From Candidatus Rokubacteria bacterium CSP1-6 (GTDB lineage: Bacteria; Methylomirabilota; Methylomirabilia; Rokubacteriales; CSP1-6): DNA of 64,000 nucleotides. This document shows positions 34,705-42,649 of this stretch, piece after piece. The notes beneath the pieces were generated by a model that searched no databases, was not told the origin of the DNA, and was given only the letters and a program-made list of their open reading frames with translations. Position 1 is the first letter of the stretch. Every line of letters starts with the position of its first letter. Made by a program: the position numbers and the translations under genes. The stretch spans positions 2,146-66,145 of the forward strand of contig LDXP01000005.1 in NCBI GenBank assembly GCA_001443385.1. Reading direction: 5' to 3'.

Positions 34705-35434
34705 GGAGAAAGTCGATCTTGCGGAAGGCCGGCCAGTGGACGTCGCAGAAGTAGAACTCGCTGTACGCGCTCTGCCAGAGCATGAAGCCGGAGAGGCGCA
34801 CCTCTCCCGAGGTGCGGATGATCAGGTCGGGATCGGGGCAGTCGTAGGTGTAGAGATACTTGTCCACGGCGTCGGGGGTGAGGGCGCCGAGGATCTCGTC
34901 GGAACGTTCCCCGCGGGTGAAGCACTCCCGGAGGTACCCTTTGACGGCATCCACGATCTCCTGCCTGCCGCCGTACCCCACCCCCACGTTGAGGAGCATC
35001 CGCTCGTGCCGGCGCGTCGCCGACTCCGCCGCCCTGAGCGCCTTGAGCGCCCCGGCGGGGAGCAGGTCCAGCCGGCCGATCGGCCGCACGCGCATCCCGA
35101 GCCGCTCGGCCAGGCCGCCCTCGATCCACTCGGCCATCTTCGTCTCGATCACCTGGAGGACGTCGGCGACCTCGCCGGGCTCGCGGGTGAGATTCTCGGT
35201 CGAGAGCCACCAGAGCGTCACCGTGGGGATGCCCAGCTCGGCGCACCAGGCGAGCACCTCCTCGGTCTTCTCCGCCCCCATGCGGTACCCTTCGGCGAGG
35301 CTCACCAGGCCGGTTTCCCGCGCGTAGCGCCGGTGGCCGTCCTGGATCAGGCCCACATGCCGCGGGAGCGGCCGGTGAAAAACCTCGCCCAGGAGCTGGC
35401 GCTCGTACAGGCGGTAGAGGAACCCCTTCAGCAT
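34658..35434 (-). CDS. uppS: Isoprenyl transferase (undecaprenyl-diphosphate synthase family)
   Basis: 'PRHVGLIQDGHRRYA', 'LWWLSTENLTR' and 'LIIRTSGEVRLSGFMLWQSAYSEFYF'. ATGA overlap with the amidase stop. Confidence 0.9.
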   Translation of the reverse strand: MLKGFLYRLYERQLLGEVFHRPLPRHVGLIQDGHRRYARETGLVSLAEGYRMGAEKTEEVLAWCAELGIPTVTLWWLSTENLTREPGEVADVLQVIETKMAEWIEGGLAERLGMRVRPIGRLDLLPAGALKALRAAESATRRHERMLLNVGVGYGGRQEIVDAVKGYLRECFTRGERSDEILGALTPDAVDKYLYTYDCPDPDLIIRTSGEVRLSGFMLWQSAYSEFYFCDVHWPAFRKIDFLRAIRSYQHRQRRFGR

Positions 35435-36846
35435 CAGTCCACCGGCGGCCTCTTGGAGGCCCAGGGACGCGCCGCCTCCAAGACGGCCGACGCCGCGAGC
35501 ACCGCGCGATCGGCGTGACGGCGCCCCACGATCTGAAGCCCCACGGGCAGGCCGTCGTGGGTGAAGCCCACGGGAATCGAGGCGGCGGGCTGACCGGTCA
35601 GGTTGAACGGATAGGTGAAGGCCATCCAGCCGAGGGGCGACACCTTCTGCCCCGCGATCTCGCGCGGCCACGAGCCGTCGCCGGCGAAGGGCGGGACGGG
35701 CACGGTCGGCGTGAGGAGCAGATCGAAGCGCGCCAGAAAGCCCTGCGCCTCCAGCCAGAACTCGCGGCGCCGGCGGGCCGCCCGGAGGTACTCCCCGATC
35801 GTCACGCCACCGCCCCGCTCGAGGAAGCGCACCAGCGTGCGATCCATCCGGTCTCTCCACTCGGGCAGGCGGTCTCCCCAGTTCGCGTACATCTCGGCGG
35901 CGGCCATGGTGGCGAAAGTTTCCTCCGGATTCTCCCAGCCCGTCGCCACCGTCTCGACGCGGCAGCCCAGGGCCTCGAACACGCCCGCCGCCTCCTCCGT
36001 CAGGCGGATGACCTCGGGCTCCACCTGCGCGTAGCCGAGATCGGGGCTCCACGCCACGCTCCACCCCTGGATCGGCTCGTCGCACGCCGCGAGGTACGAG
36101 CCGGCCATGGCCGGAAGCGAATGGCGGTCCCGGTCGTCCGGGCCCGCGAGGACGTCCAGCATGAGCGCGGCGTCGCGTACGGTGCGGGTCATGGGGGCAG
36201 GGACGGTGAAGGTCTCCCATCCCGGAAATCCCGGGCCGCTCGGGATGCGCCCGAAGGAGGGCTTGAAGCCGTACACTCCACAGAAGGAGGCTGGGATCCG
36301 GATGGAGCCGCCGCCATCGGTCCCGAGGGCGAGCGGACCGAGCCCCGCCGCCACCGCCGCGCCGGCGCCCGAGCTGGAGCCTCCCGGCGTCCGATCCGAG
36401 CGCCACGGGTTCCGGGTGACGCCCAAGAGCGGGCTGTCGGCCAGGGACTTGTGACCGAACTCCGGCGTGGTGGTCTTCCCGAGGATCACCGCGCCCGCGG
36501 CCTTGAGCCGCTCGACAGCGATCGCGTCTTCCTCCGGCACGAAGTCGGCGAAGATCCGCGAGCCGCCGGTGGTGACGATCCCCCGGGTGAAGAGGACGTC
36601 CTTGATGGACACGGGCACGCCGTGCACCGCGCCGAGCGGCTCGCCGTGCATGATGGCGGCCTCGGCGATCTTCGCTCCCTGGCGCGCCACGTCGGCGGTA
36701 ACCGCGCAGAAGGCGTTGAGCGTGGGGTTCAGCCGCTCGATGCGGGCCAGCAGCGCCTCGGTGAGCTCGACCGGCGAGAGCTTCCTGGCCCGGATGAGGG
36801 CGGCCAGCTCCATCGCCGGAAGCCAGCAGAGATTGTGGAGGCTCAT
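35434..36846 (-). CDS. Amidase-signature family enzyme (GatA-like)
   Basis: 'GGSSSGAGAAVAAGLGPLALGTDGGGSIRIPASFCGVYGFKPSFGRIP' is the amidase signature. Confidence 0.9.
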   Translation of the reverse strand: MSLHNLCWLPAMELAALIRARKLSPVELTEALLARIERLNPTLNAFCAVTADVARQGAKIAEAAIMHGEPLGAVHGVPVSIKDVLFTRGIVTTGGSRIFADFVPEEDAIAVERLKAAGAVILGKTTTPEFGHKSLADSPLLGVTRNPWRSDRTPGGSSSGAGAAVAAGLGPLALGTDGGGSIRIPASFCGVYGFKPSFGRIPSGPGFPGWETFTVPAPMTRTVRDAALMLDVLAGPDDRDRHSLPAMAGSYLAACDEPIQGWSVAWSPDLGYAQVEPEVIRLTEEAAGVFEALGCRVETVATGWENPEETFATMAAAEMYANWGDRLPEWRDRMDRTLVRFLERGGGVTIGEYLRAARRRREFWLEAQGFLARFDLLLTPTVPVPPFAGDGSWPREIAGQKVSPLGWMAFTYPFNLTGQPAASIPVGFTHDGLPVGLQIVGRRHADRAVLAASAVLEAARPWASKRPPVD

Positions 36847-37253
36847 CGGCGCGTCATGCGGGCCACGGAGAGCTCCACGTGGGTGGCGTTGACGCCCTCA
36901 CGCGCGGTGAGCCGGATCGTGTCCGCTTCCTTCCCGAAGTCCATGATGGTGACCTTGTAGCCGTCGGGGGTCTTGGTCCGGTTCGTGAGGAGGAGGGCCC
37001 AGTCCTTGGCGAGGAGGAGATCCCTCGCCGCGGCAGCGGCGCCCTCCACGTCCAGCTCGCTCATGTAGATCAGCCGGGCCACATCGGCCTGAGCCGACCG
37101 GATCCTGACCCACTGGTCGGAGTACGGGATAAACGAGGCCGGGACCGGCACGTCGGGGAACGGCTCGCGCGGGATCCCGCCCCGGCCGGCGCACGCGGTC
37201 AGCGCCAGAGCCAGCGAGAGCGGAAGGAGGACCTGGCAGCGGCGGTCGAGCAT
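36843..37253 (-). CDS. Lipoprotein, unknown function
   Basis: Start MLDRRCQVLLPLSLALALTAC with a lipobox (LTAC). The upstream part of track ORF 36843..37574 is not credible. Confidence 0.6.
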   Translation of the reverse strand: MLDRRCQVLLPLSLALALTACAGRGGIPREPFPDVPVPASFIPYSDQWVRIRSAQADVARLIYMSELDVEGAAAAARDLLLAKDWALLLTNRTKTPDGYKVTIMDFGKEADTIRLTAREGVNATHVELSVARMTRR

Positions 37254-37283
37254 GAACACCCGGTATTGTATCATCAACCCCCC

Positions 37284-38546
37284 ATGACCGATCCGCTCAG
37301 GACCGTGAAGCCACACGGCACCGTCGTGATCCACCGGCCGGGTCCGTCCGGGCGGCCGCTGCTGGTCTCCGAAGCCGACCGGCACGGCACGCCGCTCACG
37401 GTCGCCGAGTGGGACGACGCGGGACGCCTCCGCCACGCGCGGGTCCGCATTCCCGGTGGGAGCTGGGTCGGCATCGAGCCCGGAGCGGTGGAGTCGCCCG
37501 CCTGGGGGCGCTCCGACCGCCTCTGGCTCCTGGAGCCGGTCGAGCCGTTTCAGCCCGTGGAACCGATCACGCACTTCCAGTCGGTGGACTACGGGGCGGT
37601 CGGCTTCATCCCCCCCCTCGCCGAGCCCGAGCGGCTGCCGCCCGGGGCCGGAACCGCCGTGCTGAACTTCCTGGCGACCCTCCTCGTGGATCAGGGAACG
37701 CCGCGCGTCGGCTACCGGGGCCCCTACGCGACGGAGCAGCTCTTCACCGCCCTCCTGGAGTCATTCCGCTACGATCCGGCCGCGACGTCGCCGCTCGATC
37801 GGTTCATGGCGTCCGATCTCGCCTGGACGCCGGCCCCCCACGAGAGGCTCTTTGCCCCGGCGGGCGCGTACGTCCAGCTGCGGGACGGAATCGAGAAGGT
37901 CGTCTTTCAGGGACGCCCATACTACCGGCAGCGCTGGCAGGACGTGGTGCGCGCCGAGCCCCGGGTCGTCAGGACGGAGGGCCCACGCGTCTTCTGCTCG
38001 CTCTGCGCCCTAGGCGAGGCCGTCGAGGACCATCTGATCCTCGATCCGACGGGAGAGATCCTGGCCGTCCTGCCCCCGGCGCCCGCCGAGGGGACGGCCG
38101 TCCCGTTCTCCCCCGGGTGGCGCCACGCGATGGGCGAGCTCATCGCCCACGGCAGTACACCGCTCCTTCGACCGTCCATCCTGGGGGTCGTGGAGCGGCT
38201 CCGCCTGGAGTGGGGGCCGGTCACCGGGGATCTGGTGGAGGCGGCCGGCGACCGCCTGGCGGTGAGTCTGCGCCTGCCTCGCCTGTTCCGTCAGAGGCTC
38301 CCTGCGCAGCCGGATAAGGGGGAGCAGGTCCGCACCGCGCTGGGCTTCGCGACGGAGGTGGCGAGGCTTCTCGGGCCGGCAGTGCGGCGAAAGGCCCAGG
38401 CCGCGCTGGCGGCGCTGCCCGAGGCGGGACAGCGGGCGGCGCTGGAACTGGCCGAGGCGACCTTCGAGGCGGCGACCTCAGGCCTTCAGTCGAGCCTGGA
38501 TCGCCTCATCCGCGCCCTGCTGGCGGGGAAAGACCTGCCCGACTAG
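37284..38546 (+). CDS. Hypothetical protein (420 aa)
   Basis: Start MTDPLRT inside track ORF 36879..38546. Coding-like composition, no family recognised. Confidence 0.55.
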   Translation: MTDPLRTVKPHGTVVIHRPGPSGRPLLVSEADRHGTPLTVAEWDDAGRLRHARVRIPGGSWVGIEPGAVESPAWGRSDRLWLLEPVEPFQPVEPITHFQSVDYGAVGFIPPLAEPERLPPGAGTAVLNFLATLLVDQGTPRVGYRGPYATEQLFTALLESFRYDPAATSPLDRFMASDLAWTPAPHERLFAPAGAYVQLRDGIEKVVFQGRPYYRQRWQDVVRAEPRVVRTEGPRVFCSLCALGEAVEDHLILDPTGEILAVLPPAPAEGTAVPFSPGWRHAMGELIAHGSTPLLRPSILGVVERLRLEWGPVTGDLVEAAGDRLAVSLRLPRLFRQRLPAQPDKGEQVRTALGFATEVARLLGPAVRRKAQAALAALPEAGQRAALELAEATFEAATSGLQSSLDRLIRALLAGKDLPD

Positions 38547-38555
38547 CCCCGTCGA

Positions 38556-38721
38556 CCCTCCCCCCTCACCTTTATCCTCTCCCCCCTCACCCCACTCATA
38601 ATCCCCTCACCTTCATCCTCTCCCCCCCCGAGGGGGAGAGGGCAGGGTGAGGGGGAGAGGAGAAGAGGTGAGGGGCATTCGAGTGGGGCGGGGTGAGGGG
38701 GAGAGGAGAAGCGGTGAGAGG
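38556..38721. repeat. MITE/REP-like palindromic element, copy 3 (longest), between convergent genes
   Basis: Same core (…CATCCTCTCCCCCCCCGAGGGGGAGAGGGCAGGGTGAGGGGGAGAGGAGAAGAGGTGAGGGGCAT…) plus extra flanking CCCTCACC-type modules. Confidence 0.85.
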
Positions 38722-38725
38722 CGCG

Positions 38726-39946
38726 TCAGCTGGACCCCATGTGGGTCAGGCCCCATAGATTGAACAGCACGAAGGCGCTGACCGACACGAACGAGAGGAC
38801 GATATAGCCCACCCAGATCGCCTCCTGGCGGGAGATGCCCTTCCCCTCCCCCAGGCGCCGCCACAGCTCGTCGCGGAAGAAGCGCCACGAGTCCTTGTTG
38901 AGCGTGGGGAGCCCCAGCACGTCCACCAGGATGTGGTAGCCGTCCATCTCCAGGAAGCAGAAAGGGTACAGGCAGACCAGCAAGGACTGCCACTGGAGGA
39001 CGCCGGTGGCCACCACGAAGCTCTGGAGGAAGCCGAAGGGCAGGTGGGTCGCGGTCCACAAGCAGAGCGCGCCGAAGTAGAGGTGGACGAGGGGGCCGGC
39101 CAGCGCGGTCACCACCCGGGCCCGGCGGCTCGCCATGAAGATGTCGGTGACGTCCACGTAGAAGGTGGGCACGAAGCCGTGGAGGAGGGTGAAGCCGTAC
39201 TCGCGCACCCGGCGGCCATAGTGGACGCAGGCGAGCCCGTGGACTGTCTGGTGGGCGGCCAGCGTGGCAAAGAAGAAGAACTTCACCGAGAGCACTGCCA
39301 GGATGGGGTGCTGGGCCAGCGGCCCGGCGATCTCGCCGGCGTCCTGCCAGAGGCGGATTGCCGACATCGCCCCGAGGACGGCGAGGGCCAGACCCAGGAC
39401 GAGCGTGGGGAGGGTGAAGATCAGGAGGCCCCCCCACCGGTAGAGCCGCTCGAAGTTCCGCTGCACGTTGCGGCTCGTCACCGTGATTTTTTCCAGGCCC
39501 TTGAACGCGACCTCCAGCGCCCGGGCGCCCAGGTTCTTCTGGTGGCGCGCTAGCGCCTCGCGAAGCCGGGAAGCCGGGCGGAGCGTGAGGAGCTCGGCCT
39601 GTCTGAGCTTGGCGATCAGGTTGGGGATCAGGTCGAAGTCGAAAGCGCCGTAGCGGAGGACGTAGGCCGTGGCCATGTCCTGGAGCGAGGTCCGGCCGTC
39701 CATCTGCGCCCAGAGAAAGCGCTCGCGCTCGCGCAGCAGGATGTAGCGGTCGGTGGCCCGGTTCTTGAGGACGTAGGTGCGGCGCCGGTCGATACCCTTC
39801 GGGAGCTCCGCCAGCTCCCAGGCCGAGTCGGCGATGCGCTGGGGGCGGTACTGGAGGTACGCCAGGGAGCTGGGGACCGCCCGGACCTCGAACCCCTCGT
39901 CGGCCTCCCGGCGGATCAGCAGCTCGATCTTCGTCTGCCGAGGCAT
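38726..39946 (-). CDS. M50 (site-2 protease)-like polytopic membrane protein with an N-terminal PqqD/RRE-like domain; HExxH replaced by HQTVH
   Basis: ATGA-coupled start MPRQTKI at 39946. 'ERFLWAQMDGRTSLQDMATAYVLRYG…LIAKLRQAELL' is PqqD-like. 'AAHQTVHGLACVHYG…PTFYVDVTD…LEMDGYH' follows the M50 layout, with Gln in place of the catalytic Glu. Confidence 0.6.
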   Translation of the reverse strand: MPRQTKIELLIRREADEGFEVRAVPSSLAYLQYRPQRIADSAWELAELPKGIDRRRTYVLKNRATDRYILLRERERFLWAQMDGRTSLQDMATAYVLRYGAFDFDLIPNLIAKLRQAELLTLRPASRLREALARHQKNLGARALEVAFKGLEKITVTSRNVQRNFERLYRWGGLLIFTLPTLVLGLALAVLGAMSAIRLWQDAGEIAGPLAQHPILAVLSVKFFFFATLAAHQTVHGLACVHYGRRVREYGFTLLHGFVPTFYVDVTDIFMASRRARVVTALAGPLVHLYFGALCLWTATHLPFGFLQSFVVATGVLQWQSLLVCLYPFCFLEMDGYHILVDVLGLPTLNKDSWRFFRDELWRRLGEGKGISRQEAIWVGYIVLSFVSVSAFVLFNLWGLTHMGSS

Positions 39947-40452
39947 CAGCGGGAGGGCTTGGTCTCGAAGTCGAGCCCCGTGGCCTCCAGCCCCCACCGC
40001 GTCACCTCCGCGACGAGGTTGCCCGACTCCCGGAGGCGGGTGGTGAACACCTGGACCATCTGGAAGAAGAACGCCGCGGCGGCGCGCGGGCTGATCTCGA
40101 TGAACTGGTGGAGGCTCTCGCGGTCGAGGCAGAGCAGGAGCGCGGTGGTCTCGGCCTGGACGGTGGCCGACCGCGGCGCCTGATCGAAGAGGCTCATCTC
40201 CCCAAAGAAGTCCCCCGGCCCCATCCGCGCCAGCACCTGCTCCACGCGCCCGAGGACGGGCTTGGAGATCACAACGGTCCCCTCGCGGATCAGGTAGAGC
40301 TCATCGCCCTTGTCGCCCTCGCGGAAGAGCACCTCGCCCTTCTTGAGCACGCGCTCCCGCAGCCTGAGGGCCAGGGCGACCAGGTGGGGCTCGGCGAGAT
40401 CCTTGAAGACGCTGACGGTCTTGAGGAAAGCAACGGGGTCGGATGTCGGCAT
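39946..40452 (-). CDS. Cyclic-nucleotide-binding domain protein
   Basis: 'VLFREGDKGDELYLIREGTVVI … GDFFGEMSLFDQAPRSATVQA' is a canonical cNMP-binding fold. Confidence 0.88.
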   Translation of the reverse strand: MPTSDPVAFLKTVSVFKDLAEPHLVALALRLRERVLKKGEVLFREGDKGDELYLIREGTVVISKPVLGRVEQVLARMGPGDFFGEMSLFDQAPRSATVQAETTALLLCLDRESLHQFIEISPRAAAAFFFQMVQVFTTRLRESGNLVAEVTRWGLEATGLDFETKPSR

Positions 40453-40493
40453 GCGGCGGGCGGGCCGGCCTCAGCTTCCGTGCCGGGCCGGCA

Positions 40494-40715
40494 CTAGGTG
40501 GCCCAGCGCTTGACGAGAGCGGTCTGAAACGCCCGCGCCTGCTGGGACTGGGGCGTGACCATGAGCTTGGCGATGGCCTGGAGGACCGAGGTCCGCTCTT
40601 CCGCGCTCAGCTGATAGTCCGCCAGCACGGCGTGGGGGTCCCCGACGAGGGTCTGGAGGAACTCCGGATCGATCATCACCCGCCCCACGAGCTCCCTGAG
40701 TCCCTGCTCCGCCAC
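40494..40715 (-). CDS. Small (73 aa) helical protein resembling NHLP/Nif11-type leader-like RiPP precursors
   Basis: GTG start with a GGAGG SD. 'LRELVGRVMIDPEFLQTLVGDPHAVLADYQLSAEERTSVLQAI' recalls leader-peptide families. This assignment is tentative. Confidence 0.45.
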   Translation of the reverse strand: MAEQGLRELVGRVMIDPEFLQTLVGDPHAVLADYQLSAEERTSVLQAIAKLMVTPQSQQARAFQTALVKRWAT

Positions 40716-40756
40716 GAGCCCCCCCTCCCGGCCGCCGCCCGGCGGACCGGACCCCC

Positions 40757-40762
40757 ATTATA
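40757..40762 (-). promoter_or_regulatory. Possible sigma-70 -10 box (TATAAT on the minus strand) upstream of the 73-aa gene
   Basis: Perfect TATAAT about 42 nt upstream of the GTG, adjacent to the near-palindrome GCGCACCCGGGGGCGC (40763-40778). No convincing -35 box. Confidence 0.3.
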
Positions 40763-40792
40763 GCGCACCCGGGGGCGCCTGGCGGGGACCCG

Positions 40793-42511
40793 CTATGGCT
40801 TGGGCTTCACGAGCGTCACATTTTTGCCCGTGGCCGTCGTGTGGATCGGCTGATAGTCAGCCGGGGGGCACTTGAAGGTCGAGTGGACGCTGTAGTCCCA
40901 CCCGCTGAGCTTCGTGAAATCCAGCGGCTTCCCCCCCCTCAGCCCGGATCCCGTGTTGATGGGATGATTCTCCTGACCGGCCGCGGCCTGCACGGAATTG
41001 ATATTCTTGTTTCGTTTAACGGTGGTGCCGGCAAGGTTCAGAAACGAGCCCCCCTCGTTGATCCACGGCGCCCCCGCCTTCCCGCCCACGCACCCGTCGC
41101 TGTTGCACCCGTCGGTGGCTGCGGCGAGGCCGGTCTTTCCGGATCCTCCCAGAGCGGCGAACTGGAGGACGTTGATGACGAGCTGATCGAGCGCCTGCTG
41201 CTGATCCAGCGGGAGGCTTTCGCGATGGGCGGTGTGAATGCCCGACACGACCTGGTTGCCCGTTATCGCGTTGCCGACCCGGGTCGCGGCGTTGTTCTGC
41301 AGGAGACCGTCCACGCCGTGGTCCAGCTCGTCCGTGCTGGGGATCGCCAGTACCCGGAAGGCCCCGATCTGAGTCGCCGTCATGACCTTGAATTCCGTGT
41401 CGGACGCGTTCACGGCCCTGAATAACCGGCCCGACCCCGTGAGGCCGTTGATGGTGTCGGCGCAGGAGCTACAGTCGTACACCAGGACGCTGATGCGGGT
41501 ATCCACGACAACCGAGGGTTGACGTGGTCCCCCGCCTCCCCCGGGCAGAATCGGCGCCTGCACGAGTGGGCCGCCGCCGCCACCACCACTCACCGCGCCC
41601 CCGAGGCCGGCGGCCGAGGCGGCGGATTGGGCCGCGGCCTCGGCATTGGCCGCCAGCTTGTCGATCGTCTGCGGCGAAGGTCGGCGGAAGCCGCTCGCGC
41701 TCAGCGGCGTTTGATAACCGCCAATCAGGTTCCTCATGTGGGCGTCCGAACGGAGGGCCTGGGCCACCGTTTGGGCGAGCACCGGACCGGCCACCTGCAC
41801 CTCAAGGTTGGACGTGACGCTAATGGGGGGCGTGACGCTGATCCCAGGGATAGGGGGCTGGGCCAGCAGGAGACCCCGCCCCGCGTCGGAGGCCGTCTCG
41901 GCCATGGCCAGCAGAGGCCCGCCCGCGCCGGCAAAGGCCGGCCCCTCCTCGAACCCCCTGCCCCTGGTGATGAACGGCGGCGTGGTCGGGAGGGTCAGCT
42001 GGAATTCCCCCGAGACCCCGGTGATCACCGTCAGCGGCCGGCCGTCGGGGAGCGTGGAAACCTCGATGATCCCGTCGGACCCGCGCACCGCCGCGACCGC
42101 GTTGGGCGTGCGGATCTCCACCTCGTCGCCCGGCCGCATCAGCCGCCGGGCCACCATCACCCGGATCTTCCCCTCCGCCAGGTTGATCAGCGCCCGCTGG
42201 GATCCATCCGGCCGCACCTCTTCCCGGATCTCGAAGCGCGAGAGCTCCCGCACGGTCACTGTGCTCTTGCCCATCAGGAGGATCCGCGCCAGGGATTCCT
42301 TCTGGGTGTCCACCACGTCGCGGACGAAGAGGTTGTCGCGGAGCTTGAGCGGCGTCTCGGGGGCCTGGGGCCGCTTGAGGCCCGCCTGGCCCGTGAGGGC
42401 GGTGACCACCCCGACGCCCTTCGTGTCCTGGGCCCAGACGGGGCAAATGAAGGTCAGCAGGAGAGCGAGCGTGAGAAGGCTACGGACGAGCAAGGTCCCC
42501 ATGGAAGACAA
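40793..42511 (-). CDS. Secreted FecR-domain protein with an unknown C-terminal half
   Basis: Signal peptide …LLTFICPVWAQD. FecR-like segment 'GVVTALTGQAGLKR…LKLRDNLFVRDVVDT…ARILLMGKSTVTVREL…EIRTPNAVAAVRGS'. Confidence 0.65.
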   Translation of the reverse strand: MSSMGTLLVRSLLTLALLLTFICPVWAQDTKGVGVVTALTGQAGLKRPQAPETPLKLRDNLFVRDVVDTQKESLARILLMGKSTVTVRELSRFEIREEVRPDGSQRALINLAEGKIRVMVARRLMRPGDEVEIRTPNAVAAVRGSDGIIEVSTLPDGRPLTVITGVSGEFQLTLPTTPPFITRGRGFEEGPAFAGAGGPLLAMAETASDAGRGLLLAQPPIPGISVTPPISVTSNLEVQVAGPVLAQTVAQALRSDAHMRNLIGGYQTPLSASGFRRPSPQTIDKLAANAEAAAQSAASAAGLGGAVSGGGGGGPLVQAPILPGGGGGPRQPSVVVDTRISVLVYDCSSCADTINGLTGSGRLFRAVNASDTEFKVMTATQIGAFRVLAIPSTDELDHGVDGLLQNNAATRVGNAITGNQVVSGIHTAHRESLPLDQQQALDQLVINVLQFAALGGSGKTGLAAATDGCNSDGCVGGKAGAPWINEGGSFLNLAGTTVKRNKNINSVQAAAGQENHPINTGSGLRGGKPLDFTKLSGWDYSVHSTFKCPPADYQPIHTTATGKNVTLVKPKP

Positions 42512-42607
42512 CCTCCGGGATCGTCAGTTCCTCGGGGGTCCGTCACCCGCCCCCGGTCCGTCGTGGAACAAAACTATACCCGAAGCGGGGACGGCGGAAA
42601 AGGGCGA

Positions 42608-42636
42608 ATTTTCGGGGGCTTGACGCAGCTTGTCAA
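42608..42636 (-). promoter_or_regulatory. Possible sigma-70 promoter (TTGACA-17-GAAAAT) upstream of the FecR-domain gene
   Basis: Minus strand: TTGACA (42636-42631), a 17-nt spacer, then GAAAAT (42613-42608). It sits in the 138-nt gap after the TPR gene. Confidence 0.3.
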
Positions 42637-42649
42637 CAGCGGGACGGTC

